Assembly: GCF_963921235.1 (NCBI RefSeq)
Contig: NC_086097.1
Location: 127,722,001 to 127,786,000 of the forward strand
DNA: 64,000 nucleotides
Source: Mobula hypostoma
Taxonomy: Eukaryota
Direction: 5' to 3'
Shown here: one piece after another, positions 23,106 to 35,480 of the stretch
Layout: each line of letters opens with the position of its first letter
How positions within the stretch are numbered: position 1 is the stretch's first letter
Notes under the pieces: model-generated
The model's database searches: none
The model's input: only the letters and a program-made list of their open reading frames with translations
What the model was told of the DNA's origin: nothing
Translations under genes and position numbers: made by a program

Positions 23106-25232
23106 TTACTTTTTATAAAGGCATTTAATATTGGTGTGATGTGTGATGGAACAATGCAGAAAACTGAACAGATGTGAGGATGTTGAAAGGACATCAGCCT
23201 CATTCTAATGGCCTATTATTCATATTGATTCTGACTGAAATAATGTGTAAGATTATGCTACTATATTCACATTACCAATAAGCAAATTATTTTTATGTTG
23301 TTTGAAATTATTTCAGGGTTATTTGTTTGGCTTAATCCTGCTCTTTTTTTTCTTTCAAGGATGTAATTAACTCCAGTAAAATGTCCCAGTGATCAAACGC
23401 AATCTGAAAATTGTGACCATCTTTTAGGTAAGTAGTAGGAATGGGAAGTGCAAATAACCTTTCATCTGCTATTCAGAGTACAGACTCCTTTTCAAAATTG
23501 ATCAGTGAATCATAGGGGTAAAAGGACAGCATAAATTTATACATGTAGTTTTCCTATAAGGAACAAACACTTTCAAATCATGAAACTTAAAATAGTGCTG
23601 TAAATATCACTGGAATAGGAATAATTATCAAATAAGTTTATTCATTTTCCCCCAAGAGTCTTGATCAAATAGCCAAAACATTTTTGAAAAGCTGGAAATA
23701 CAATTATTGATTTAAATTACTTTTGTGTGCAATAAGACATATTTTGGAGTGAATCCAGTGCAAAATTGCACCTGAACTTTCAAATTATCACAGCTGAGGA
23801 AAACAAAACGCCTTTACATCAGTCGTGCAACATCTATATTGCAACAATGCCCACACAAATATCTGAATTTGTCATTCTTTGGAATGCATTTTAAAACTTG
23901 AAAGTAGATATTAATGGAAATTATTGGTAAATTACCAGCTAGTGAGAATGCAGGATCATAACAGAAGTAATCCATCGTGTTCATTCACACCCTCATTTAA
24001 AATGCAGCAATATCCACATAGATAAGATTTATATTACGTGTATATTGACCACAAATACAATTGTTGAAGATCCAATATTTTAAACTCTGTTTAACTTGTT
24101 CATACCTTGTATTAAAAATATCTGGCATATAAACAGCGATAACTAAGTGGATGTCAATTCCTCCTACAAATTTAAATAAATCCAAGGAAAATATACTAAT
24201 TGCAAAAAATTGAAACTTAGTATGATGCTTTACACTATTTCTTTTTGTAATAGAAAGCCCCCAAACTCTGAAACAGTGAAAAACAAATTAAAAAATAAAC
24301 ATTAAGCATTAAAAATAATTTATGCAAAAACAGAATGATATAATTGTTATAACACAAATTTGGTTTTGGTGTGGGATAGGGTAGGGACCAGTGCAACATC
24401 TTTGTACTTTCCCGGTTTCTTTGACTTCTGCTCTTAATAAAAAGGTAACCAGTAGGCTTAGCTGAGACACTGTGAAGAACAAAAATGTTTTGGCAATATA
24501 TGGCAATTATGACAGTCATTTTTGTGAACTAGTATAAATTAAATACAATGAAGAATTCTTGATCTAGCTAGGGTCACTACTGAATGAAAGTTTCATGGTA
24601 TTCCTTACTGTAACTATATAATTTAATGTACATTTTCAAACTGCATGCCCCACACTTGCTGTGGATTGATTCAGGAACCCAGTACAAACAAGTTGCATCA
24701 AGTATATTTGAAGGGCATATATATTTATGATAAATAACAATTTTAAATACTACCACACTACAATTATTTCAATTAAATTGTGCACACACATATAATTAAA
24801 AAACACATACATTTTGTCATAACTGATATATTTGTAATTTCCGTTGAATAAAAAGAAATAGCAAAACACAAATGTGATTCATTTACAAAACTTAAAAAGC
24901 ACAGGCCACTGCTCAGAATTCAAACAAAGACAAAGCACAGAGGGACCAAGTGAAAGTACTGTAATTCAAAAGTCTGGAATTTTATACGCATTATTAGTAA
25001 ACAATCATTGTGATAGTTATGGAAAACATAGTCCAAGCTTTACATTGTTCCCTTTTATCACATTTGTATAGTTCATATTTTTTCCAGCTTTGATCATATT
25101 TTTCTCATCGTACAACTAGTCATCAGTTGCATTAATAGTAGGCATACAAGTGCACTTATGCAGAATGTCCTGTCAAGGCCAACCAGTGATGGCAATGCCC
25201 AATCAAATCAGAAGCAAAAACCAATGTGGGCT

Positions 25233-25380
25233 CTACACCCTCTCTGAAGTAGGTCTCATTTGCCTTTTCCGGATTTTATTCCGAATGTCAGTCAGTGAAG
25301 GCAGCCTAATTATGTCCTTGTTTTTGCTGTAAATATTCAGGAAGATACCAATGAGGACCAGAAGACCTGACCATATATAG
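25233..25380 (-). CDS. SLC35B3: PAPS transporter 2, terminal coding exon
   Basis: Acceptor ttctcttcaag|C (phase 2). Encodes YIWSGLLVLIGIFLNIYSKNKDIIRLPSLTDIRNKIRKRQMRPTSERV* with TAG at 25235-25233. Confidence 0.95.
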
Positions 25381-26558
25381 CTTGAAGAGAAAAAAATATA
25401 TATAATTAATATAGCACTTGCAGTGATTTACAAGCTGAAGCTTTGGTATGCCATATCAATGTTAATAGCACCGGTTTAACTGGTAGTATTTATTATCACA
25501 CTTAAAATTACATCAAAAATGGACTCAGTTGCATCATTCAGATCAGCCTTTCAACTTTGTTTTCAACTACAATAGCAATAAGTAAGAAAATATAAATAAA
25601 TTAAGATAGTTTCAGCCCACCGTGAGTCTGCTCAAAATGAATGGGAGTGTGATCAGAGAAAGAAAACAATGTAAAAATAGCAGAGGAAGATAAGTAAATA
25701 TAAGAAAAATGTCTTCAGTGGTCAAATGTCAATGAGAACATGACAACTGTTTGCAGTCTACCCCTCTCTCTGATGATCCAATTAAAACCAAAAGTTGCTG
25801 CACTAATGTAACACTGCTTGTGTTTGTTTTGCTGTCTTTAGAATGATATAGCAGCATAATAATGACAAAATTAATATAGGCTAAAGAAAAACAATTTAGT
25901 AATAGTCGTATAATATGCTAATTAAAGAAATTCAGAAGTTACTGTGGCCTAAATTTACAAATAGAGCACTGCATTTAACTAGAGTCAATGATAAAAAATA
26001 TATACACCAGATGTTGTTAACAAGGGACAAAGTACAAATTCTAAAAAGTGTGGCTGCTGTACAAGTTACTGGTCATTGGACCAAGTCTCTTAGATTCCAT
26101 GCATCCATAATTCAAGTTATCAGAACAAGTTCAGTGTTTTAGAAAACAGATTTTACAAAATGACCCAGACAAATATAATGAAGAGTGTAAATACCACAAG
26201 AAAATTTTGAATTAGGCAATTAGGAGCAAATGATGCAACATTTTCATCCTTAAGGCAAACCTGTATAAAGTTTCTGGTGCAAGATGTTTTGAAATAGTTT
26301 TGAGGGAGAATAAATGCTTTCCTAGAGAGAATGAACTTGCTGAGAGATTTGGGAAAATAGGCAGAATTACCTATGAAAACAACTGAACATAATCAGTGTT
26401 AGCCATTCCAGTTCCTGCTCTATTGTACATAATTGGGGTTCTTGAGCACTGTGGGGAGAACCTCAACTTTGATACTGGACTGCATTACTGCTTCTGAGAT
26501 CTCATATACATATCAGTCTCATATACATATCAGTTTCATACATGAAAGATTTACTTAC

Positions 26559-26628
26559 TGCAAAGTAAAAGGCTTTGAAAAGAAGAGAAATGAAAGACCA
26601 ATGGTCATTGCTTTTCTTCCTGTGGTTA
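26559..26628 (-). CDS. SLC35B3: PAPS transporter 2, coding exon (70 bp)
   Basis: ttgtag|..|gtaagt. Encodes (V)TTGRKAMTIGLSFLFFSKPFTL, including the SLC35B TT.RK motif. Confidence 0.96.
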
Positions 26629-26984
26629 CTACAAAGAAAGAAACATAGAGGTCAACTCCATTATGGACTTGAAACTTCTTAACCCAATGTTCTGAATGTT
26701 TCTCTGACAAGTGAAATAGTTAATTAGCAATCTGACACATTTGTGATTTTACAATGAATAACTCTATACATCTTATCAGTGAAGGATTTCTTTTTCTAAA
26801 AAAATGCAAATATAATTTACAACACCAGATACACAGTAATGGTGCAAACTATTTCAAACTCTCCTTAGTGAAGATTAGTACGAGATTGTAGGAATAAAGA
26901 AATACAAACATTTAATGAAGAAAACAGGCTTGCATGCTCTCCTAAAGGAATAATAAAACATTCACTAATGTATAGTCAATACTG

Positions 26985-27300
26985 CAAAACTGGAAATATA
27001 GCAGCCAATATGCAGTTAACCACAAAGAAGAACATGATTGGCACAGATACACCATTCTTATGTTATTGATTGAGAGACAAAGACTAGCCCTGACTTACTC
27101 TTCTTCAATAGAGTGCCATGGGACCTTTCATTTCCACTGAGTCAGCAGGACCAGAGTTAACTGTTGCAGGTGAAAGGCAACAGTTCCAATACTGCAGCCC
27201 CCTGCTCAATATTGCATTTGCATGTCAGCTACATTTTTCAGATCAAGTTTCAGGTGTGGGACCAGCAATCCAGAAACAGAAATGCTACCCACTGAATTAG
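26985..27300 (-). mobile_element. Ancient Deu-domain SINE remnant (intronic)
   Basis: ctcttcttcaatagagtgccatgggacctttca is the reverse complement of the recalled Deu core (..AAAGATCCCATGGCACTATT.GAAGAAGAG). Confidence 0.6.
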
Positions 27301-27349
27301 AGTCTGTGTCAACTTAGAGCAAGGGTAGTATTAATGGTTTCAAAATGAA

Positions 27350-28800
27350 GAAGCAGGAATTGGGCATTTGCCCTCTTATGCTTACTCCACCATCTTGGTT
27401 CATCTTCTACTTCAGCCAAGTCACTACTCTGCAATGACCTGACATCCCTTTGTTCCTTTAATATCTAAAAGTCCGTGATAACATCCTTGAATATGCACAA
27501 GAGGTAGCACCTAGGATGGAGATGGAGAAGTTCAGAGATTCACTACTCTCTGGTTGAAGAAAATTTTTTTTCCCCATCTCTGTGATTATTTCACCTTGAG
27601 ACTATGACTCCTTGTACCACAAACAGTGCCAGGGAAACATCAACTACTTCATCAACCTGAGATTTCTTTTATGCACTTTAATGAGATACTCTGATACTAC
27701 AATTTCTGAAGAGTATAGACATGGTCTACTGAATTTCTCCTTACATGAACAATTGACATCCCAGATATCAATGACGAACCCTCGCTGACCTCCATTTATC
27801 ACAAGTACCTACCTCCTTACGTAGGAGGACCAGACATATACACATTTTTCTGGATGCAATCTCACCAGGGCTCTACATTATTAAAGCAGGATGTCTCTAT
27901 TCTAAACTCAAAACTTTCTTTCAATTAAAGGCGAACATATCATTCGCTTCCTGATTTTGATCATTAACATTCAGTGATTTGGGTAGTTTCCGTGGAGGAG
28001 ATACAGGCCCCTCTCTAAAGACCACACCTCCCAACCTCTCACCATTTAAAAACAATTCATTTTTCCCCAATTTTCTTTTTATCGAATGGCATTACTTTGC
28101 ATTTATTCTATCTACTGTCACCTTGCCCATCCTCTTAGTTTGGTGATATCACTCTGAAAGTCTCTGCATACGTTTTTTGCATCATCAGCAAATATTAATA
28201 TATTACACTTGAAGCCTTTATCCAACTCACTGATATAGACTGTGAGCGGTGGGGGGGAGGGGGGTGCACATCAATACAGTACTGTGACATTCCCTTGGTT
28301 ACAGTTCCCCACATTGAAGATCAACCATTTACCTTGACTCTACTTTCTTTCCATTAACTAAGTCTTAATCCATGACAGTATATTACCCTTAAAATCATGG
28401 AGTCATGCTTTAATAATCTTGTGTAGGATTTATCTTAAGTTTCTCAACGTCCAAGTACACTATACCTACCAATAAAAATTTCAACAGATTTGTGAAAAAC
28501 ATGATCTTTCATTCATCAAAATGCATCAAGTCTGCTCAATGCTATTATTATTTTCTAATTATGTCCTTAACAATGAATAGCAGCATTAAATGTACTAAGT
28601 GATTACCTGCTTTCTCTCTCCCTCCTTATTTTTAAATAGTAGGGTACATTTGTCACCTCTCCAAACAGTTGGAAGCATTGAAGAGCCAATGTAATTTTGA
28701 ACTGTGACAACGAGTTAATTGACCAGCTCCAACTTCACCACCTTCATAACCCAAATGCAGGTTATCAGGTCCAAGAGGTCTATTCCCTGTCAGTTTTATT
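27350..28800 (-). mobile_element. Very old CR1 LINE
   Basis: Decayed minus-strand RT motifs (gcatcatcagcaaat = FADD) and a CR1-like 3' region. Confidence 0.55.
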
Positions 28801-28837
28801 ATCTTCACCAATACTGATCTCCAATCCAACATTACTT

Positions 28838-29612
28838 TGAACCCTGGAGCACATCCTCAGCGGCTGTGCAAGGGCACTTGGTGAGGGACGGTACAGGTGG
28901 AGGCATGATCAGGTCCTGAAGACCATCGCTGAAGCCGTCAGCGCAGGAGTTGAGTGGGCGAAGCGGTCCCGACCCTCCAAGCAGACCATTGCCTTTGTCA
29001 GAGCTGGGGAGCAGCCAATACCTGCCAAAAGAACATCTGCAGGCATTCTGACCTCTGCAAGGGACTGGCAACTGTTGGTGGACCTCAAAGGGCAGCTGAA
29101 GTTCCCCAACCATATCGCAGCCACCACCCTGCGACCAGACATTGTCCTTGTGTCTGAGTCGACTAAGCAAGTGGTGCTGCTGGAGCTGACAGTCCCATGG
29201 GAAGATAGCTTGGAAGAGGCCAATGAAAGGAAGCTCTCCAAGTACGTAGGACTGGTCAGCAACTGTCAGCAGGCTGGATGGACAGCGAGGTGACTCCCTG
29301 TGGAGGTTGGTTGTAGGGGATTCGTAGCCCGTTCTTTAGTTAGAGCCTTCAGCATTTTGGGCATCGAGGGAGAGAGGAAGAGGAGAGCCATCCGCAGTAC
29401 CACCGATGCGGCAGAGAGGGCCTCAAGATGGCTGTGGCTCAAAAGAGGGGAGCCATGGAGTCATAAGTAGCTAGCCATCTGGACACAAGCTGGGGTCTGA
29501 TCAGCCCCGGCTGGGTCACCTGGAGGAGGTTGTATGATGTTGAAAGATCCGAAACACCCGATGATTCCAGGAACATCACTGAAGATGTGTCCAGAAGCAT
29601 CAATAGATGTAT
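28838..29612 (+). mobile_element. 5'-truncated RLE (restriction-like endonuclease) non-LTR retrotransposon, Hero-like
   Basis: A single frame reads TLEHILSGC..GRYRWRHDQVL..RPDIVLVS..LLELTVPWE..ERKLSKY..PVEVGCRGF..ERASRWLW. One premature TGA at 29291; terminal TAG at 29468-29470. Confidence 0.85.
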
Positions 29613-29699
29613 GTACACAGTATGTTATTTACATATGGTCCCTTTTTCCTCGAGATGTCTTATTGTACAAAAGGACTTGCAGAGACTTCGAAACAGGGT

Positions 29700-30065
29700 A
29701 ATGCGAATCTCATAAAACTAAAAGCCTTTTGCAAGGAAGAATGGGCGAAAATCCCCCAAACAAGAATTGAAAGACTCTTAGCTGGCTACAGAAAGCATTT
29801 GCAAGCTGTGATACTTGCCAAAGAGGGTGTTACTAAGTTTGACCATGCAGGGTGCCCAAACTTTTGCTTTGGGCCCCTTTCCTTTTTTGTTATTTTGAAA
29901 CTGTAAAAGATGGAAATAAAAAAGTAATCTTGCTTTAAATATTAAAGAAATGTGTCATCTTTAACTTTATTCCTCTTTTTGAAAATCAGGTCATCTTTTA
30001 CTCGCTGAGCTATTCACAGTAGCAAAAATTTTGACCAGGGGTGCCCAAACTTCTGCATGCCACTG
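29700..30065 (+). mobile_element. Tc1 transposon 3' end with IR/DR-type terminal repeat
   Basis: LKAFCKEEWAKIP..RIERLLAGYRKHLQAVILAKEGVTK. The direct repeat gggtgcccaaactt occurs twice. Ends cactg|TA. Confidence 0.85.
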
Positions 30066-30837
30066 TATGTGTTTGAAAACCAACAAATCTGAGCAGATTG
30101 ACCTTTATACAGGAGATGTGCTGATATATTCTGTTAAACAAGCATAGCAACATAGAACAAAAATATTCCCCAGTTCATCTTTGACATGTTGAGATCTCTT
30201 AATATAATTCATATGATTCTTGCATGTCCATGTAATATAGCAATATAGAATAGGGTTGTGTATGAAATGACTGCCATATGTTACTACCTCTCCTCTCCCA
30301 TTCAACCACCTGGGCCAACTCTAAAGCTTGCTACCACCAAACTTCCAGATATGAACAGTAACAATCTCAAATCTGGATTAAGTGGTTAAATGTGTCTAAG
30401 CACAAAACTACTGGAGAAAATGCTACCAGGATCTACTTCTCCAAGTGTAAACTACTTATTGTGATACTTAAACGAGCAGCTTTCTAATACGGCCACGTGA
30501 CAGAAACTTGAAGTTAACTTTCCTGAATACTTATTTTTCAGGCAGCTATACCTCTGAACAGTTTTACTTTCAGGCAGCATTAATGTCTTTCTAAGATAGT
30601 GACTATGCGAAAGAACAGTCACTTGTGGATGGACATTTCTGTGGTCTTTCAATGGCCTAACTTTTGGTTTTGTCTGTACTTCTATCCCTAAGCAGTAATG
30701 AATAACCAGTACAGGCTTATTCCAAGCTAATTGTTAGCCATGAAGGAATATGAAAAATGTCAAGAAGAGTGGAAGTAGAAAAAACAGATGTCTTTGTTCT
30801 TGTCATGTGGTAAAAGGAATGAAAGTCAATATTTTGA

Positions 30838-31035
30838 GAAACTCAGCAGGCCGGGCATCATCGATGGAAAAGAGCAAACAATCAATGTTTTGGGTGGAGG
30901 ACCTGATGAAGGGTCTCGGCCTGAGATGTCAACTGTTTACTCTTTTCCATAAAGCATGCCTAGACTGATGAGTTCCTCCAGCAATTCATGTGTGTTGCTT
31001 TGGAACTCCAGCATCTGCAGATTTTCTTGTGTCTC
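30838..31035. mobile_element. Short fold-back PLE terminal-repeat element with decayed hammerhead
   Basis: A minus-strand tail half is joined to plus-strand CTGATGA AGG GTCTCGG CCT GAGA TGTC AACT and its tail. Confidence 0.75.
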
Positions 31036-32347
31036 TTGATTTTGTGAAACTGTTCTGTGCCCTCCATTTTGTGAACTGGTTTTGCTCAGGAATTGCAGGA
31101 TCATGCCAATTAAAAACAAACATAATGATACCCCTACTGATATCTGCTGAACAAAAGACAATTCCCAAATAAGAAGTTATTTGTGAAATGTTCTTTGGTA
31201 AAATAGAGCATGCAGGTTTATGAATAGAGCACTCTGTGTCTGTGATTTGAAATAACTTTGATCTAGCAACTGGCTGATCTGGCTAAGTTGGTTTGAACTA
31301 GTCTGTATCAGGGAGGACAAAGGAAGAGACATGAAGTACAGGTCGTACTTGGGAGAAGGGCAATAAAGTGATGCTGCCTTGGACCAGAGCTAATGAAAGG
31401 CTGACATACACAATAGCCAGATGGGCTAGAGCCAACAAAATCCAAACACAACAGTTTGAATTGATAAGGAAAGAGAATAAGAATGAGGGGCTCTGGATGC
31501 AAAGCAGTGAGAACTCTGGAGTCGAAGTATCATAAGAAAGAATGCCATACCAAGAGCAGAAAACAAAGGATCAATCATTTAGCCAATAGAAGTCCCCTAT
31601 TTCAGTGTTATAAGTTGGAGTGAGTATTGGTACAAAGGGAACAATAGAATTCATGGCTTAAATTGTCAGCCTGAGGTCAACGTAATTTATGTTACTAATT
31701 GCATAGAGACAATAAAGTGCAATTTTTGATTGAATTAATTAAGATTCATGTAGTGATCTGAATAACCTAGGTCGGTTTGTTATAGGTCAACAGGCTGGTC
31801 AATATTGACTTGTACTGAGAAGATAAAGAGTATGGAACACAACTAAAACGGTGAACAAGTGTCAGTAAGTGGCAACACAGTACAAGCCACACATTCTAGG
31901 CACATAATGTTAATGATGGGGCTGAGATGGGGGAGGACTGGATTTTATTTTCTGCAAGGTGAAAAAAAGATTCACATTACAAAGAACAGATAAAATTATG
32001 AGATCTCCTAAGTATCATTTTCTATCTCAGTCCAAAATAAGCATAGGTAAAATTCTTTACAGTGCTCTATGAATGCTACACATATGACAAGCCAGTATCA
32101 TAGCACTGCTTTAATAGCTCATTGTTATACTCGGAAGAGGTTTGCCTGCTTTCTTGGTGTTTTTAATCTATTATGCCTTTATTTTCAGTTTGCTCTGCAT
32201 AACTGAGAAAACAATAAGTGCTGATATTTCTGGTTAGTTAGCTTTTGCTTGAGATTACAACAGGCTGGCAGGCTTCAGTCTTAGTTTTAACCAATACATA
32301 ATTTCAGTAAATCTTAACAGTGGCAACCAAACTGAAGTACATATTAC

Positions 32348-32459
32348 CTGTTACAGCTATTAGTGCACCGAAGAGCTTTATCAAGGCTAGTACAAAGGAA
32401 ATTCCAAAATATCCTGTCAATGAAAACACAAATGCATATCCATATGTCTCCAGTAGATG
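32348..32459 (-). CDS. SLC35B3: PAPS transporter 2, coding exon (112 bp)
   Basis: ttttgcag|..|gtaata. Encodes HLLETYGYAFVFSLTGYFGISFVLALIKLFGALIAVT. Confidence 0.97.
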
Positions 32460-33389
32460 CTGCAAAACAAACATGGAAACCAGATATTATTCCAATGATT
32501 CAAAACTACAGTGTAAGGATTTATTCTATAAAGTCAAACACTAAACATTAAAGTATACTTGAAGCTTGTTAAGTAGCAGTTTTTGGAAGAGTAAAATTTC
32601 AAGCGAAGTCAATAAACAAATTAGTAGTTATTATTACTATTTACAATGAAATCAAAACAGCTGGCAGTCATATCCAAAATAAGGATCCGCACTAAGTACT
32701 TAAATAGTATTCAAAACATTACCAGGCCTGATAAATCAGTAAGTAGTGATTAAGTGGTATCAAGTCTCTACTTTTATACTTGTAAATCAAAGAAGGGAGT
32801 TTGAAATTTAAGAAACCATACAAAGGTTATTGAATTTAATAAGGTAACAATATCGACATTAAAGGTTAGGAATTACAGTCACCTGGAATAATAGAAATTT
32901 TGAGATTGTCTAGATTATCTGAAGTTAGTTGTGAACATGTAGCAGTGGGTTCTGACTGGTTGTATTGAGAAGGGGTATGCTTGGTGGGCTGGAGGACAAA
33001 CTCACCCTGCAATGCTGGCCCATATTCACTGCTTAAAAGACACCGATTCTCATGGTCTGACAACTCTTTAACTAAAGAGGTTTCTAAGAGACAGAACTAT
33101 GGGTGGTTAGAGTTAACTATGGATGGTTAAGGTTAACTCTGAAAGAGAATGTCACTAAGAAGCAAGCAGGATCACTGTGAAATTAAAATAGCTAATCCAC
33201 CTCCCAGTATAACAATCTACTAGAGGACTGTAGCCAGTCGAACAGCATTTGTGGGTGGAAAGGAAACATGCACAATTCTTTTCTCATCGCAGATTGTTTG
33301 CGGCTCCAGATTCCAGTACCTACAACCTCTTGTGTCTCCAACTTCTTGAGTAATCTGGACTAAAGTTGAAACAATGAAGGATGCTTGAC

Positions 33390-35480
33390 AGTTATGGCAG
33401 GGCTTGAATGCAATCACCCCTTGTAAAGTAAAATCAAGCGACATAGGTGGCAATAGGGCTTTGCTTCCAAATAAGTTTAATGTCTTCTATGTTTGTTTTG
33501 ACTGTCAAAACATGGAGGAACCATCACAGACTCCCACAGATCCCGATGTCCCTGTGATTGCAGTCTTTGAGGCTGACGTGAGAGCACCCTTCAGGAGGGT
33601 GAGCTCGCACAAAGCATCTAGCCCAGATGGGGTAGCTGATCAAGCACTAAAGACTTGTGCTGATCAACAGGCTGGAGTGCTCACTGAGATCTTTAACCTT
33701 TCACTGGCAGGCTGAGATACCTACCTGCTTTAATCAGGTTTAAATTATACTGGTGGCTAAAAACATGGTAACTTGCCTCAATGACTATCATTCAGTAGCA
33801 TTTAGATCCGCAATGATGAAGTGTTTTGAGAGATTGGTGATGAAACATCAACTCCTGCCTGAAAAGGGATTTGGATCTGCTCCAACTTGCCTACCAGCAC
33901 AATGGGTCCACAGCAGATGCCAACTCATTGGGTCTTCACTCAACCGTGGAACATTTGGACAGCAAAGATGCAGACAACAGGATGCCCTTTATGACTATAG
34001 CTCGACATTCAATACTATCATCTGCTTAAGACTAATTAACAAGCTTCAAGACCTTGGCCTCAATACCTCTGTGCAATGGATTCTCGATTTTCTCACTTGC
34101 AGACCCTAGCCAGTTTGGGTTGGCAACAACATGTCCTCCACAATCTCCTTCAGCACAGGTGCACCAGCTCCTGTGCTTAGTCTTCTGCTCTATTCACTTT
34201 ACACTTATGACTGCATGGCTAAGCACAGCTCCAATGCCATATTTAAATTTGCTGACAATGCCACTGTCAGAGGTCAAATGAAAGGTGGTGACATATCAGC
34301 ATATAGGAGGGAGTTTGAAAATCTGGCTGAGTGGTGCCACAACAAAAACTTCTTACTCAATGTCAGTAAGACCAAGGAGCTGATTATTGACTTCAGGAGG
34401 AGGAAACTAGAGATCCATGAGCCAGTCCTCATCAGGCAATCAGAGGTGGAGTGAGTCAGCAACTCTAAATTCTCAGCGTTATCATTTCAAAGGACCTGTC
34501 CTGGCCCAGCACACAAGTGCAATTACGAAGAAAGCACAACAGCATCTCTACTTGTGTAGATTCGGCATAAAGTCTAAAACTCTGACAAATTTCTATAGAT
34601 ATGTGGTGGAGAGTATATTGACTGGCTGCATCACAGCCTGTTATGGAAACACCAATGCCCTTGAATGGAATATAATACAAAAAGTAGTGGATAGGCCCCA
34701 ATGCATCATGGGTAAAAACCTCCCCACCAATGAGCAAATTTAAATGGAGCATTGTCACAGGAAAGCAGCATCCATCACAAAGGACCCCCACCACCCAGGA
34801 AGGACATGCTCTCTTCTCACTGCTGCCATCAGGAAGGTGGTACAGGAGCCCTGGGACTCTCACCACCAGGTTCAGGAACAGTTATCACCTCTCAACCATC
34901 AGGCTCTTGAACCAGTGTGGATAACTTCACTTGCCCATCACTGAAATGTTCCCACAACCTATGGACTCACTATCTCAAGTTTTTAATATTTATTGCTTAT
35001 TTATTATTACTATTTGTTCTTTCTTTTTGTATTTGTACAGTTTGTTGTCGTTTTCATACTGGTTGTATGCCTAGTTGGTACAATCTTTCATTGTTTCTAC
35101 TATGGTTATTGTGGCGCGTGACCAAGTGGTTAGGGCGTTGGACTAGTGATCTGAAGGTCGTGGGTTCGAGCTTCGGCCAAGGCAGCGTGTGTCCTTGAGC
35201 AAGGCACTTAACCACACAATGCTCCAGTCTACCCAGCTGAGAATGGGTACCGGCAAAAATTACGATAGACTGGCGTCCTATCCGGGGGGAGTCTCGTACT
35301 CTCAGTCGCTTCATGCCATGGAAACCAGCATAAACACCGGCCTGATGGGCCACAAGGTTTGTGACAAACTTTAATTTAATTATGAGTTTTATTGGATTTA
35401 TTGAGTATGCCCACAAAAATAAATCACATAGATAGTGACATATATGTACTTTGATAATAAATTTACTTTGAACTTTGAAG
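33390..35480 (+). mobile_element. Rex1/Babar-type LINE (RT plus 3' UTR), decayed
   Basis: KASSPDGV..LKTCADQ.AGV.TEIFNLSL, CLNDYHSVA..MMKCFERLV, DYSSTFNTI, LYSLYTYDC..IFKFADN, LNVSKTKELIIDFRR, NFYR..VESILTGCIT. Confidence 0.88.
35111..35385 (+). mobile_element. tRNA-derived CORE-type SINE inserted in the LINE 3' UTR
   Basis: A box (tgaccaagtgg), B box (ggttcgagc), CORE-like gtgtccttgagcaaggcacttaacc and an AT-rich tail. Confidence 0.8.

Noticed and set aside
23900..25232. SLC35B3 polyadenylation site
   Set aside because: This is probably 3' UTR, but no single convincing signal could be chosen in AT-rich sequence.
29528..29560. Hammerhead in the RLE LINE 3' UTR (TGATG..GAAAC)
   Set aside because: It lacks a full CUGANGA box, a paired helix II and a correctly placed NUH.
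35111..35185. tRNA gene
   Set aside because: It has A and B boxes but no proper acceptor stem and continues into a CORE-like body, so it is a SINE head.
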